A DNA stretch of 32,000 nucleotides from Prochlorococcus marinus str. NATL2A (GTDB lineage Bacteria; Cyanobacteriota; Cyanobacteriia; PCC-6307; Cyanobiaceae). The translations under genes and the position numbers were made by a program. Position 1 is the first letter of the stretch. Each line of letters begins with the position of its first letter. The notes beneath the pieces are model-generated. The model was given only the letters and a program-made list of their open reading frames with translations. It was not told the origin of the DNA and did not search any database. This document shows positions 8,745 through 17,983 of this stretch, piece after piece. The stretch spans positions 810,001 through 842,000 of the forward strand of contig NC_007335.2 in NCBI RefSeq assembly GCF_000012465.1, written 5' to 3'.

Positions 8745-9182
8745 TTATTCCTTGTGGTAAGGGCCTCCTTGGGTGATTGCTTTTGCGCGGTAGAGCTGTT
8801 CTATTAGTAATAGGCGAGCTATTTCATGCGGAAAAGTTAGAGGTGAAAGACTTAATTGCCAAGAGGCTAAATTGTTAAGGGAAGAGGAAAGACCTGAAGC
8901 ACCTCCAATAACAAAAGTAATATTTTGATTGTGAGAATTTAGAAGTTTTGTTGCTAGTTGTTTTGATGTAAATGATTGCCCATTTTCGTTAAGAGTTACC
9001 AGAAATTCATTTTTGCTGATAATTTCTTTGATCGTATGTTCTTCTTTTAATTGTGTGCTGTCTTTAATTTCTTTAACTTCTAAACCAGGTAATCTTTTTA
9101 GGTACATTTCTATACCTTCTTGAATCCACTTTTTTTTTATTTTTCCTATAGCAATGATTTTATAGTGTGAAATATTAAGCAT
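8745..9182 (-). CDS. rlmH: 23S rRNA (pseudouridine1915-N3)-methyltransferase RlmH (SPOUT family)
   Basis: N-terminus YKIIAIGKIKKKWIQEGIEMYLKRL and C-terminus FVIGGASGLS...LSLSPLTFPHEIARLLLIEQLYRA are RlmH-typical. I place the start at ATG 9182 (MLNISHYK...). The TTG at 9212 would overlap the upstream gene by 20 nt. Confidence 0.85.
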   Translation of the reverse strand: MLNISHYKIIAIGKIKKKWIQEGIEMYLKRLPGLEVKEIKDSTQLKEEHTIKEIISKNEFLVTLNENGQSFTSKQLATKLLNSHNQNITFVIGGASGLSSSLNNLASWQLSLSPLTFPHEIARLLLIEQLYRAKAITQGGPYHKE

Positions 9183-9192
9183 AAAGTTTTTT

Positions 9193-9558
9193 CTAATCGA
9201 TATCATCTTCAAGTAGAAATTTTTGAAATTGTGTGTATAGGTTTAGGGCCTCTTCAGCTGAAAGATCTTTAGAACTTTCATTGATCTGTGGATCTGAATT
9301 TGAAGAAATTTTCACATTATTTGATTCAAGTTTTTTTAGTCTTTCTAGTAAATGAGGTGGTACGTTCCCATCTGGACTTATTTCCATCAACTCTCGAAAA
9401 AGTTGTTCAGGGTTAGTTTCGGTTTCAACTGGGTGTAACTGTTGTGTTTTAGTTTCTTTTTGATTATTTAATTCATTTGATTGAGGTTTTGATATCTCTT
9501 TGGGAAGTTTACGTCCTAGCTCTTTTAGACGCTCAAGGCTATGGCTATCAAAAGTCAT
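9193..9558 (-). CDS. Hypothetical acidic protein (121 aa)
   Basis: ATG-initiated ORF upstream of rlmH on the same strand. It has an internal similarity LERLKELGRKLP / LLERLKKLESN. No enzymatic motif recognised. Confidence 0.55.
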   Translation of the reverse strand: MTFDSHSLERLKELGRKLPKEISKPQSNELNNQKETKTQQLHPVETETNPEQLFRELMEISPDGNVPPHLLERLKKLESNNVKISSNSDPQINESSKDLSAEEALNLYTQFQKFLLEDDID

Positions 9559-9662
9559 TTTTAAAATGTATATTGATTGAAGATCTTCTTGTGAGTATAT
9601 TTTAAATAATTTATTTTTATTTGAGTGAAATATGTGATCGTTTCCAATGTGGTTTGGAGTTT

Positions 9663-10544
9663 ATGCGTATGGGTGGTGATAACACTTTGAATGATTTTAG
9701 GCACATCCCAAGAAAACGCTTTGGACAACATTGGTTGAAAGATCAGGGTGTTTTGGATCAAATAGTCAAGGCGGCCGAATTGAATCCTGAAGATTGCGTA
9801 TTAGAAGTTGGTCCGGGTAAAGGTGCTTTAACTGAAAAATTAATTGAATCCCAAGCAAGATTCATTCAAGCAATAGAGCTAGATAGAGATTTAGTCGTTG
9901 GCTTGAAAAAACGTTTTAGCCATCAAAATAAATTTAGTTTGAGAGAGGGAGACATTCTTTCTGCCCCACTGGATGCTGAGAATGGACTCACTATCAACAA
10001 AGTTGTAGCTAATATTCCTTACAACATCACAGGGCCACTATTAAAACGATTGATTGGTGAATTAAGAAAAGCGCCTGATAATTGTTTTGAAACTTTAGTG
10101 TTACTTATGCAAAAAGAAGTTGCACAAAGACTTCTAGCAAGACCTGGGACAAGCAATTTTAGTGCTTTAAGTGTACGGATCCAGCTTTTAGCTAAGTGTC
10201 AGGACGTATGTGATGTGCCTTCTAAATGTTTTCAACCAGCACCGAAGGTGGATTCTAAAGTAGTCATGATTAAGCCCTTTGCATCTATTGATCCAGATTT
10301 TTATGAGGTAGGGAATTTATTAGAGAAACTTTTGAAACATGCTTTTGCTGGTAGAAGAAAAAAATTACGAAACACGATTGGAAGTTTTGTTACTTCCAAC
10401 GATCAAATAAAGGAATTTTTCGCCTACAGAGGTATTAGTCTTGATCAAAGACCACAGGAAATTTCACCTTCCAATTGGTTCGGCTTGGCAAAAGCTTTAA
10501 AAGAAACTTGTGTTATCGAAAATGGTACCTTCCAAAGCAAATGA
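9663..10544 (+). CDS. rsmA: 16S rRNA (adenine1518/1519-N6)-dimethyltransferase RsmA/KsgA
   Basis: PRKRFGQHWLKDQGVLDQIV...VLEVGPGKGALTEKL (SAM-binding motif) and VANIPYNITGPLL. The start is set at the first ATG (9663, MRMGGDN...). The ORF-track start at 9621 is a TTG. Confidence 0.9.
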   Translation: MRMGGDNTLNDFRHIPRKRFGQHWLKDQGVLDQIVKAAELNPEDCVLEVGPGKGALTEKLIESQARFIQAIELDRDLVVGLKKRFSHQNKFSLREGDILSAPLDAENGLTINKVVANIPYNITGPLLKRLIGELRKAPDNCFETLVLLMQKEVAQRLLARPGTSNFSALSVRIQLLAKCQDVCDVPSKCFQPAPKVDSKVVMIKPFASIDPDFYEVGNLLEKLLKHAFAGRRKKLRNTIGSFVTSNDQIKEFFAYRGISLDQRPQEISPSNWFGLAKALKETCVIENGTFQSK

Positions 10545-11481
10545 AGATTTTCTTATCGCAAATGCACATGCAAAAATTAATCTACATTTAGAGGTTTTAG
10601 GTATTAGGAGCGATGGCTTTCATGAATTAGCAATGGTCATGCAAAGTATTAATTTAAGTGATCAATTGAAAATGATAAAAAGAGTAGATAATACTATTAA
10701 TCTAAAATCTAATAATAAAGAAATTAGTAATGGTGACGATAATCTAATAATAAAAGCTGCAAAGCTGTTGAGAAATAAAGTAGAAAATCAAGAATTAGGT
10801 GTTGATATTGAACTTGAGAAAAACATACCTATTGGGGCAGGATTGGCAGGGGGATCTACAGATGCAGCTGCAACATTACTTGGATTAAATAAACTCTGGA
10901 AGCTAAATCTTAAGATTGATGAATTAGAGAACCTATCAAAAGAAATAGGATCAGATATCCCTTTTTGCATATCAGGAGGGAGGCAAATATGTTTTGGTAG
11001 AGGTGAAATTTTAGAAAAATTGAAATTTGATCAAATTCAGTTAGGTCTTGTTTTAGTTAAAGACCCTTCAATACAAGTATCTACTCCAGTTGCATACAAA
11101 AAATATAAAGAGCAGTTTGGTGAAAGCTATCTTGAAGATGATAGGGATTTTGAAATCAAAAGAAACTCTATTAGATCTATTGACTGGTCTGATCAGTCGC
11201 TTTTTGATAATCGTAAAGAAATACAAAATGATTTACAAAAAAGCATTCGCCCTATGACACCAGAGGTTGAGAAGTCATTGAATTTATTATCTAGTTTGCC
11301 AGATTCACGTCTTGTTTCAATGAGTGGTTCTGGTCCAAGTTGTTTTGCCTTGTTTCAAAATTATGACCAAGCAAATAAAGTACTCAAAGAACATGTTAAC
11401 GAATTTGAAAGGGCTGGTTTATCAGCTTGGGCATGTTCAATGATGTCTAATGGAGTTGAATTAAGAAATGAATTCACCTAG
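10510..11481 (+). CDS. ispE: 4-diphosphocytidyl-2-C-methyl-D-erythritol kinase (MEP pathway)
   Basis: AHAKINLHLEVLGIRSDGFHEL and the GHMP-kinase motif PIGAGLAGGSTDAAATLLGLNKLW. The start is GTG 10510 or ATG 10522, and either overlaps the rsmA 3' end. Confidence 0.9.
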   Translation: MLSKMVPSKANEDFLIANAHAKINLHLEVLGIRSDGFHELAMVMQSINLSDQLKMIKRVDNTINLKSNNKEISNGDDNLIIKAAKLLRNKVENQELGVDIELEKNIPIGAGLAGGSTDAAATLLGLNKLWKLNLKIDELENLSKEIGSDIPFCISGGRQICFGRGEILEKLKFDQIQLGLVLVKDPSIQVSTPVAYKKYKEQFGESYLEDDRDFEIKRNSIRSIDWSDQSLFDNRKEIQNDLQKSIRPMTPEVEKSLNLLSSLPDSRLVSMSGSGPSCFALFQNYDQANKVLKEHVNEFERAGLSAWACSMMSNGVELRNEFT

Positions 11482-11830
11482 TAATGGGTTTAAAAATGAA
11501 TCTGATGAATTAGCTAATCAATCATCAAGTTCTTTACATCCCAATAGCCCTGAACCACAGAAAGGCCCCATAAGCTTTCTCTCAGGTTCCATTACGAGCT
11601 TGTCTTTTAGCTTCTTAAGTCTTTTTATTAGTAAAAAGATAGTTATATATTTTTCTATTCATTCTCCTAATTATTCTTCACCGTTTGCCCAGAGTATTGC
11701 TTCTGGTTTTAAAACACTGATTATTGGGATTAGCTTTCTTGCAACTTTTACGTTTGGTTTTATTGGACTGGGTTTGTTTTTAGTATTTATTCGAAGTTTG
11801 ATTGAAGGCAAAAAGGAAAAAACTGACTAG
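11468..11830 (+). CDS. Small membrane protein, DUF3082-like
   Basis: 120 aa with two long hydrophobic helices (GPISFLSGSITSLSFSFLSLFI...; LIIGISFLATFTFGFIGLGLFLVFI). It overlaps the ispE stop by 14 nt. The family name is from memory. Confidence 0.6.
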   Translation: MNSPSNGFKNESDELANQSSSSLHPNSPEPQKGPISFLSGSITSLSFSFLSLFISKKIVIYFSIHSPNYSSPFAQSIASGFKTLIIGISFLATFTFGFIGLGLFLVFIRSLIEGKKEKTD

Positions 11831-11864
11831 TATTTAAAGATTAAATTGTCATATTTATCTTTCT

Positions 11865-11960
11865 ATGACTCTTCACGATTTGGGACTTTTGGTTTTATTA
11901 CTATCTCCTGGGATGTTGCTTTCCATATTGCTTTTATCGACTTTTGCCGCAGGTGGGTAA
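11865..11960 (+). CDS. Candidate micro-ORF, 31-aa hydrophobic peptide (MTLHDLGLLVLLLSPGMLLSILLLSTFAAGG)
   Basis: Hand-translated ATG...TAA ORF in the 192-nt spacer upstream of pdhB. It has a single TM-like segment and is below the ORF-track length cutoff. I recognise no homology. Confidence 0.25.
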   Translation: MTLHDLGLLVLLLSPGMLLSILLLSTFAAGG

Positions 11961-12022
11961 TTAGGCACTGTTTGAGATAGTTTGGAATAACAAACCGGTA
12001 ATCCGGACGATCTGTTAAAGCT

Positions 12023-13012
12023 GTGAAAGGGACTCTTTTATTTAATGCTCTTCGAGAAGCAATTGATGAAGAAATGGGTAGAGATCCACTGGTATGCGTG
12101 ATGGGTGAGGACGTTGGACAATATGGCGGGTCTTATAAAGTGACGAAAGATTTATATGAAAAATATGGAGAGTTCAGAGTCCTAGATACCCCTATTGCTG
12201 AAAATAGTTTTACTGGTATGGCTGTTGGTGCAGCCATGACAGGTTTAAGACCAATTGTGGAAGGGATGAATATGGGTTTTTTGTTGCTTGCGTTTAATCA
12301 AATATCAAACAATATGGGAATGCTTAGATATACGAGCGGGGGAAATTTTACTATTCCAACAGTTGTAAGAGGCCCTGGTGGTGTTGGAAGGCAATTAGGC
12401 GCTGAACACAGTCAAAGACTTGAAGCCTATTTTCATGCAGTTCCTGGTATCAAAATTGTCGCTTGTAGTACTCCTACAAATGCTAAAGGTCTAATGAAAG
12501 CTGCTATAAGGGACAATAATCCTGTTCTTTTCTTTGAACATGTTCTTCTATATAACCTCACAGAAGAGCTGCCTGAGGGTGATTATGTCTGTGCCCTAGA
12601 TCAAGCCGATCTAGTAAAGCAGGGAAGCGATATTACTATTTTGACTTATTCGAGAATGCGTCACCACTGTTTAAAAGCAGTCGAACTTCTCGAGGCTAAG
12701 GGAATTGATGTCGAATTAATTGATTTAATTAGTCTTAAGCCTTTTGATATGAATACAATCTCTAAATCAATTAAAAAAACTCATAGAGTAATTATTGTTG
12801 AGGAATGTATGAAAACAGGAGGTATTGCAGCTGAATTGATGTCTTTGATTACTGAAAATTGCTTCGATGATTTAGATTCTCCTCCTGTTCGTTTAAGCAG
12901 TCAGGATATTCCGACTCCTTATAATGGAAACTTAGAAAATTTAACCATTATTCAACCTCATCAGATAGTAGATGCTGCTGAAAAAATTATTAATAATGGT
13001 GGGTTAGATTAA
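12023..13012 (+). CDS. pdhB: Pyruvate dehydrogenase E1 component beta subunit
   Basis: [41 protein letters not shown]...[29 protein letters not shown] start at 12023; there is no upstream in-frame ATG. Confidence 0.92.
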   Translation: MKGTLLFNALREAIDEEMGRDPLVCVMGEDVGQYGGSYKVTKDLYEKYGEFRVLDTPIAENSFTGMAVGAAMTGLRPIVEGMNMGFLLLAFNQISNNMGMLRYTSGGNFTIPTVVRGPGGVGRQLGAEHSQRLEAYFHAVPGIKIVACSTPTNAKGLMKAAIRDNNPVLFFEHVLLYNLTEELPEGDYVCALDQADLVKQGSDITILTYSRMRHHCLKAVELLEAKGIDVELIDLISLKPFDMNTISKSIKKTHRVIIVEECMKTGGIAAELMSLITENCFDDLDSPPVRLSSQDIPTPYNGNLENLTIIQPHQIVDAAEKIINNGGLD

Positions 13013-13014
13013 TA

Positions 13015-14505
13015 ATGGGCAGAAAGAATTACTGGTTTCTTTTCGTTATCCTTTTTGCAATATTTAGTATTTTTATATGTACAAATATTCCTTTTCAATT
13101 AGGATTGGATTTAAGAGGAGGTAGTCAACTAACTCTAGAGGTTCAGCCTACTAAGGAAATTACAAAAATTACTCCTAACGAAATAGAAGGAGTTAAGGCT
13201 GTTCTTGACAAGAGGGTAAACGGATTGGGAGTTTCAGATTCTCAACTTCAAACTGTAGGAACAAATCAATTGTTATTAGAACTGCCCGGCGAGCAAGATC
13301 CTTCTGGGGCAGCGAAAGTATTAGGAGAAACTGCTCTATTAGAATTCAGAATTCAGAAAAATGGTACAGCGGCTCAATTAAGAGATCTACAAACTCAACG
13401 AAATAGTGTTGAATCTATAATTAGCTTATTAGAAGAGAATAATAATTCAGCTCAGTTACTAAAGGAGATCAATATTAACAATGATATTAATCAGTTATTC
13501 GAAAAATATAATATTCAATCTGACCAGATATTAGATGAAGTTCAATTTAATACTTTAAGGAATAAAATAAGTACTGAAATAGCAAGTCTTTTTGAACCAA
13601 CATCATTAACTGGACAGTATTTGACAAATGCAGGAAGACGACAAGATCAAAATACCAATAATTGGGAAGTCACTTTAAGCTTCAATAATGAGGGAGGAGA
13701 ATTATTTGCAGATCTCACAAAATCCATCGCTGGCACGTCTCGATTGCTTGGAATTGTTATTGATGGTATCTCATATAGCGAAGCAAGTGTTGGTAAGCAA
13801 TTTGAAACAGCAGGTATTACTGGGGGAGCCGCGACAATAAGCGGTAATTTTACTGCGGATGATGCTAGAAACTTAGAAGTTCAATTAAGGGGAGGTGCTT
13901 TACCACTACCTATTGAGATTGTTCAAATAAGAACAATAGGCCCATCTTTAGGTACACAAAATATTCGTTTAAGTCTTTTTGCTGCTCTAACAGGCTTATT
14001 TTTCGTAGGTATTTTTATGATCTTTATCTATAAACTTGCTGGATTTGTTGCTGTCTTGGCATTATCTTGTTATTCGCTATTTACTCTCTCTATTTATGCT
14101 CTACTCCCAGTAACTCTTACTCTTCCAGGTATAGCTGGATTTATATTAAGTATAGGAATGGCGGTTGACGCTAATGTTCTTATTTTTGAAAGATTAAAGG
14201 AAGAACTACTTAATGGAAATACACTGATTCGGTCAATAGATGCAAGTTTTAAAAACGCTTTTTCATCAATAATTGATGGTCATTTAACAACTTTAATAAG
14301 CTGTATTACGTTATTCTATTTGGGAACTGGATTTGTAAAAGGTTTCGCAGCAACCTTAGGTATAGGGGTTATGTTGAGCTTATTTACTGCCTTAACATGT
14401 ACAAAAGCAATTTTGAAGTTCTTGATGAGTTTTCAAGGTCTTCGAAAAATCTCTAACTTTATTAACGTTAATCAGATTCCATCACCATCTATCAACGTCC
14501 AATAA
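13015..14505 (+). CDS. secD: Protein translocase subunit SecD
   Basis: LGLDLRGGSQLTLEV, a large periplasmic domain, and a C-terminal 6-TM block (GIAGFILSIGMAVDANVLIFERLKEE). ATG lies 2 nt after the pdhB stop. Confidence 0.92.
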   Translation: MGRKNYWFLFVILFAIFSIFICTNIPFQLGLDLRGGSQLTLEVQPTKEITKITPNEIEGVKAVLDKRVNGLGVSDSQLQTVGTNQLLLELPGEQDPSGAAKVLGETALLEFRIQKNGTAAQLRDLQTQRNSVESIISLLEENNNSAQLLKEININNDINQLFEKYNIQSDQILDEVQFNTLRNKISTEIASLFEPTSLTGQYLTNAGRRQDQNTNNWEVTLSFNNEGGELFADLTKSIAGTSRLLGIVIDGISYSEASVGKQFETAGITGGAATISGNFTADDARNLEVQLRGGALPLPIEIVQIRTIGPSLGTQNIRLSLFAALTGLFFVGIFMIFIYKLAGFVAVLALSCYSLFTLSIYALLPVTLTLPGIAGFILSIGMAVDANVLIFERLKEELLNGNTLIRSIDASFKNAFSSIIDGHLTTLISCITLFYLGTGFVKGFAATLGIGVMLSLFTALTCTKAILKFLMSFQGLRKISNFINVNQIPSPSINVQ

Positions 14506-14529
14506 CAACTAGTTCAAATTTTTTAAATT

Positions 14530-15495
14530 ATGAAAGCTAAATTTAATGTTCAAATTTATAAAAATAGAAAATATGTGTGGCTTATTTCATTCTCTTTATG
14601 TTTAATTTCAATAATTGGAATGCTAATTTGCCTTAAAAGTACTTCTATTAATGCCCCTTTAAATCTTGGCTTAGACTATACCGGAGGAACTCAAATAACC
14701 TTAGAGAGGAGTTGTACTGATGAATGTATTAGCTTAAATACAAGTGAAATATCTAATAATATAATCGCTTTAAAAAAACAGGACAAAAGCTTTAGTTCAA
14801 ATACATCTCCCAACTTATCTAGATCACAGATTCAATTACTTGATAATTCACAATTAATATCCATTAGGCTTCCATTTTTATCGGCAAATCAATCTGAGTC
14901 TGTAGTGGCCGAGGTTAATAAATCTTTTGGCCCATTTAACAATGAAAATACGTCTGTTGAAATTATTGGTCCAAGTCTTGGGAGGCAGTTACTTAAAAGT
15001 AGTTTAATTTCTTTATTCTTTGCTTTTCTTGGAATAGCTTTATATATTAATTTTAGATATGATCGACGATACTCATTTTTAGCATTATTAGCTCTTTTGC
15101 ATGACATACTTATTGTTTGTGGTGTATTTGCATGGCTGGGGTATTTCTTTAATGTAGAGGTCGATTCCTTATTTGCTGTATCTCTTTTAACCATTGCAGG
15201 CTATTCAGTAAATAATACTGTTGTCGTTTTTGATAGGATAAGAGAAAAAAGTTTAATAGAAAATCAATTAAGTTATAAATATCAGATTGATAAAGCCGTT
15301 GGTGCAACATTGACGAGGACGATATATACAAGTCTTACAACACTTCTTCCATTAATATGTATATTAATTTGGGGAGGATCAACATTGTATTGGTTTGCAT
15401 TTGCGTTGTTAATCGGAGTTATAATTGGATCATGGTCGAGTATAGCTTTAGCTCCTTCATTGTTATCAATAACAAGTACAAAGAAGCTTGATTGA
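14530..15495 (+). CDS. secF: Protein translocase subunit SecF
   Basis: LGLDYTGGTQITLE..., IGPSLGRQLLKSSL..., and LLTIAGYSVNNTVVVFDRIREK. Confidence 0.92.
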   Translation: MKAKFNVQIYKNRKYVWLISFSLCLISIIGMLICLKSTSINAPLNLGLDYTGGTQITLERSCTDECISLNTSEISNNIIALKKQDKSFSSNTSPNLSRSQIQLLDNSQLISIRLPFLSANQSESVVAEVNKSFGPFNNENTSVEIIGPSLGRQLLKSSLISLFFAFLGIALYINFRYDRRYSFLALLALLHDILIVCGVFAWLGYFFNVEVDSLFAVSLLTIAGYSVNNTVVVFDRIREKSLIENQLSYKYQIDKAVGATLTRTIYTSLTTLLPLICILIWGGSTLYWFAFALLIGVIIGSWSSIALAPSLLSITSTKKLD

Positions 15496-15501
15496 TTAAA
15501 C

Positions 15502-15717
15502 ATGAGCTTAATTTCAATTGGTAGACTATTTATTTATTTAAGATGCAATTGGCTACAAATTATTTTAATTATTCTTTCAATATATGATTTAAGAATTGAC
15601 CTTAGAGTTCTAATTGATTTTTTTACTTTTTCGACTCTTTTTTATACTATTTCTGAACACCCGTTGGCAATTACGATACTAATTACAAGTCCATCTCTTT
15701 TAAAAAACAATAAATAA
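15502..15717 (+). CDS. Hypothetical small membrane protein (71 aa)
   Basis: ATG lies 6 nt after the secF stop. The product is hydrophobic. Support is positional only. Confidence 0.4.
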   Translation: MSLISIGRLFIYLRCNWLQIILIILSIYDLRIDLRVLIDFFTFSTLFYTISEHPLAITILITSPSLLKNNK

Positions 15718-15800
15718 TTCTAAATTTAGAAACTAACATATTATTTTATATTTAGTAACTTTAAATTATCACTGGCTTGTTAAAAAGAAATGAGTCGAGT

Positions 15801-16007
15801 TTATTTTTTTGCTTTTCTTGATGATTTTGGTTCAATTACTACTAAAAGCTCCTCCATTTGCGTCATTAATTTTTTTACTTCTGTTGGTTCTGGTAGGGCC
15901 AACTCTTCTGTTACACCTAAATGCATTTTTCTCAGTTCAGCTCTTAAGATCTTGAGGGATGCCTTTACTTCTTCCTTCTTTTCCTTAGCGGTTGCCATCT
16001 TTTCCAA
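15801..16007 (-). CDS. Hypothetical Lys/Glu-rich helical protein (68 aa)
   Basis: MEKMATAKEKKEEVKASLKILRAELRKMHLG... has a plausible charged-helix composition. The fully overlapping + strand ORF (15790-16035) is Phe/Ser-rich, as expected for the antisense of a K/E-rich gene. Confidence 0.45.
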   Translation of the reverse strand: MEKMATAKEKKEEVKASLKILRAELRKMHLGVTEELALPEPTEVKKLMTQMEELLVVIEPKSSRKAKK

Positions 16008-16145
16008 GTCTTATAATATCTATCATTATACATGATGTTATTAATTCATACTTTTTAGATTCCCAAATCAAATCACTAAGTATATAATTTGGTTTAAGTG
16101 TAGTTCATTAAAAATGAACGTTTGAGTTTCTAGTCATATTCGAAT

Positions 16146-17795
16146 ATGCAAATTCCTTTATCTAATGTTATTAACTATATGAAGATTAAAGTAGTAGTTT
16201 TAAATTTTTTCTTAAAGAACAAAAAAATTATTTTACCTTTCTTTGCTATTCTTTTTTTTATATCACTTTATTTCCTTATCGATTTTTCTAGTCAAAGTCT
16301 TGTCGCTCATGACGAGGGACTTTACGCGAGAAGAGCAAGATTGACTGAGTCCTCTGCTAATTGGTTTTCCCCCCCCTTCATATCCCCTCACCATAAGACA
16401 GTAGGAAGTTATTGGTTTATAGCATTATCTATAAGGTTGTTTGGGAATAGTGAACTAGCTGTAAGGCTTCCAAGTATTCTTTCTTCTTTCCTTTGCTTAA
16501 TAACCTCATACTTAATAGCATTAAAAACTACAAATAGTAAGTCTGCATTGATTTCTTTGTTTTCACTTTCATCAATGCCATTATGGATTCAATATTCAAG
16601 ATATGCAAGTCCAGATCTACCATTTGTACTTTGTATTCTATTAGTTATATTATTTTTCCTTAAATCACTAGATTCTTCAAAATATATAAGTCAGTATTTA
16701 AATTTATTTTGTTCAGGCCTTTTTATTTCTTCTTCTTTTTTTATTAGAAGTTATATGGCCTTTGTTCCTTTTATAGGTCTAACCCCTTTCATTTTTTATC
16801 ATTTATTTAGAAAAAAGTTTACTTTTAAACTTTTCTTTTGTACTGGAATAGCTGTTGGGTTTATTCCCACGTTTCTTAATCTGTATTTTTCGTTTCAAAA
16901 GTTTGGGATCTCCGGAATTACAAGCCTTTTTGATTTTGCAAAGAAACAGGCTCTCGGTGAAGTTTCTTTTAATAATTTATTACTCGTACCTGTTAATTTT
17001 CTTTATTTAACATTTCCGATTGGAATATTACTTCTTTTTCTTTTTGTATTCACTGGATCCAATAATAAGGCTAAATATCCATTATTGATTTATTGTTACC
17101 CTCTTTTATCTTTAATCTTACTATTATGCATGTCTAGATCATATCCACATTATTATCTTTTTCTCTTACCTTCTTTATCTATAATCTTTGCCAACTACCT
17201 AACATCTAATTCACCTAGATATTCATTTTCAAGCTCTATTATTAGCTATTTAGTCTTTATTCTACTTTTAATCTTATCATCTGTTCTATTATTTTCAATT
17301 CTTAGATTTTCAGACCAAGTACTTCTTTATTCAAGAGGAAATCCCTTAATAGTGTATATTCTTATCTCATTAATTGTGTTATCCTATATTACTTCACTTA
17401 GATTTCTATTTGATATTAAATATCCAAATTCTAATATTATTAATTTCTTTTATAATATAATCATACCGCAATATATTTCTTTATCATTATTATTTAATTT
17501 TGGTGTGCTAGGTAATCCCAATCTTAATACGAAACTTTTCCTGAAGGACGCAGATGTTTCATCAATTATAAACTCTAATACTATTTATCTATTTAGTGTT
17601 GACAGTAAGATTCAGACTTTACTATCGTATTATTTACCTTCCTCTGTGATTGTAGATGAGTTTGAAGTAATTAGTAAATATAAGTATGTAATTACTTCTA
17701 ATGCTAATTCATTAGAAAAATTAAAATACAAACAAATCTTTGTTCCTGTTAAAAAATTTGACAATCACTTATTATTAATGAATATTGACTCATAG
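16146..17795 (+). CDS. GT-C fold glycosyltransferase, family 39 / ArnT-PMT-like polytopic membrane protein
   Basis: 549 aa with more than 10 TM helices. The first loop carries the acidic motif (SLVAHDEGLYARRA) typical of ArnT/PMT-type lipid-linked sugar transferases, and there is a soluble C-terminal domain. Confidence 0.75.
   Translation: MQIPLSNVINYMKIKVVVLNFFLKNKKIILPFFAILFFISLYFLIDFSSQSLVAHDEGLYARRARLTESSANWFSPPFISPHHKTVGSYWFIALSIRLFGNSELAVRLPSILSSFLCLITSYLIALKTTNSKSALISLFSLSSMPLWIQYSRYASPDLPFVLCILLVILFFLKSLDSSKYISQYLNLFCSGLFISSSFFIRSYMAFVPFIGLTPFIFYHLFRKKFTFKLFFCTGIAVGFIPTFLNLYFSFQKFGISGITSLFDFAKKQALGEVSFNNLLLVPVNFLYLTFPIGILLLFLFVFTGSNNKAKYPLLIYCYPLLSLILLLCMSRSYPHYYLFLLPSLSIIFANYLTSNSPRYSFSSSIISYLVFILLLILSSVLLFSILRFSDQVLLYSRGNPLIVYILISLIVLSYITSLRFLFDIKYPNSNIINFFYNIIIPQYISLSLLFNFGVLGNPNLNTKLFLKDADVSSIINSNTIYLFSVDSKIQTLLSYYLPSSVIVDEFEVISKYKYVITSNANSLEKLKYKQIFVPVKKFDNHLLLMNIDS
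16369..16376 (+). repeat. C8 homopolymeric tract inside the glycosyltransferase CDS (codons TCC CCC CCC, Ser-Pro-Pro, about codons 75-77)
   Basis: Read directly from the sequence: ttggtttt-cccccccc-ttca. It is the longest G/C homopolymer I found in this AT-rich window. Confidence 0.95.
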
Positions 17796-17828
17796 TATTA
17801 TACTAATTATTTTGAACCACATAATAAA

Positions 17829-17972
17829 ATGAATAAGATGCTTAAAAATGCCTACGCGAAATTTTGGGTTCCGGTTATGGGCAGGTTTATTTCTAAATTG
17901 ATTCCTTTACTTGAGGGAACGGTTCCTGAGAAACCACCAACATATGATATTGATCGTGATAAATCTAAATAA
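17829..17972 (+). CDS. Candidate micro-ORF, 47 aa (MNKMLKNAYAKFWVPVMGRFISKLIPLLEGTVPEKPPTYDIDRDKSK)
   Basis: Hand-translated ATG...TAA ORF, 33 nt after the glycosyltransferase stop and below the ORF-track cutoff. The N-terminus looks amphipathic. No homology recognised. Confidence 0.3.
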   Translation: MNKMLKNAYAKFWVPVMGRFISKLIPLLEGTVPEKPPTYDIDRDKSK

Positions 17973-17983
17973 CTAACATGTGA

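Noticed and set aside
9130-9138. T9 homopolymer (A9 on the coding strand, Lys-Lys-Lys in rlmH) and other A/T runs
   Set aside because: A/T homopolymers are expected at this base composition and inside Lys/Phe codon runs, so unlike the C8 tract they are not remarkable.
9561-9761. 66-aa - strand ORF across the rsmA 5' region
   Set aside because: It overlaps the rsmA start and promoter region. Its sequence has no features, and it leaves no room for the divergent promoters. It is probably a chance ORF in AT-rich DNA.
2818-15503. Other short overlapping ORFs from the track: 2818-3054, 3131-3343, 4073-4264, 5565-5801, 6536-6721, 8507-8695, 10788-10970, 14889-15194, 15149-15331, 15282-15503
   Set aside because: Each is nested out of frame or antisense within a longer CDS that has clear family motifs. 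None has an independent signature.
15718-15731. 14-bp palindrome TTCTAAATTTAGAA at the convergent junction after the 71-aa ORF
   Set aside because: With no loop it can form at most a 5-bp A/U stem. That is too weak to call a terminator and is plausible by chance.
15790-16035. 81-aa + strand ORF
   Set aside because: It fully overlaps the 68-aa - strand ORF. Its Phe/Ser-rich composition is what the antisense of a Lys/Glu-rich gene produces. I kept the - strand ORF, though with only moderate confidence.
16083-16119. TATAAT (16083-16088) plus a 7-bp hairpin GTTCATT-AAA-AATGAAC (16103-16119) upstream of the glycosyltransferase
   Set aside because: It is plausible as a promoter plus a 5'-UTR hairpin. 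Both elements are short, A/T-rich and statistically unremarkable here, so they are not annotated as features.
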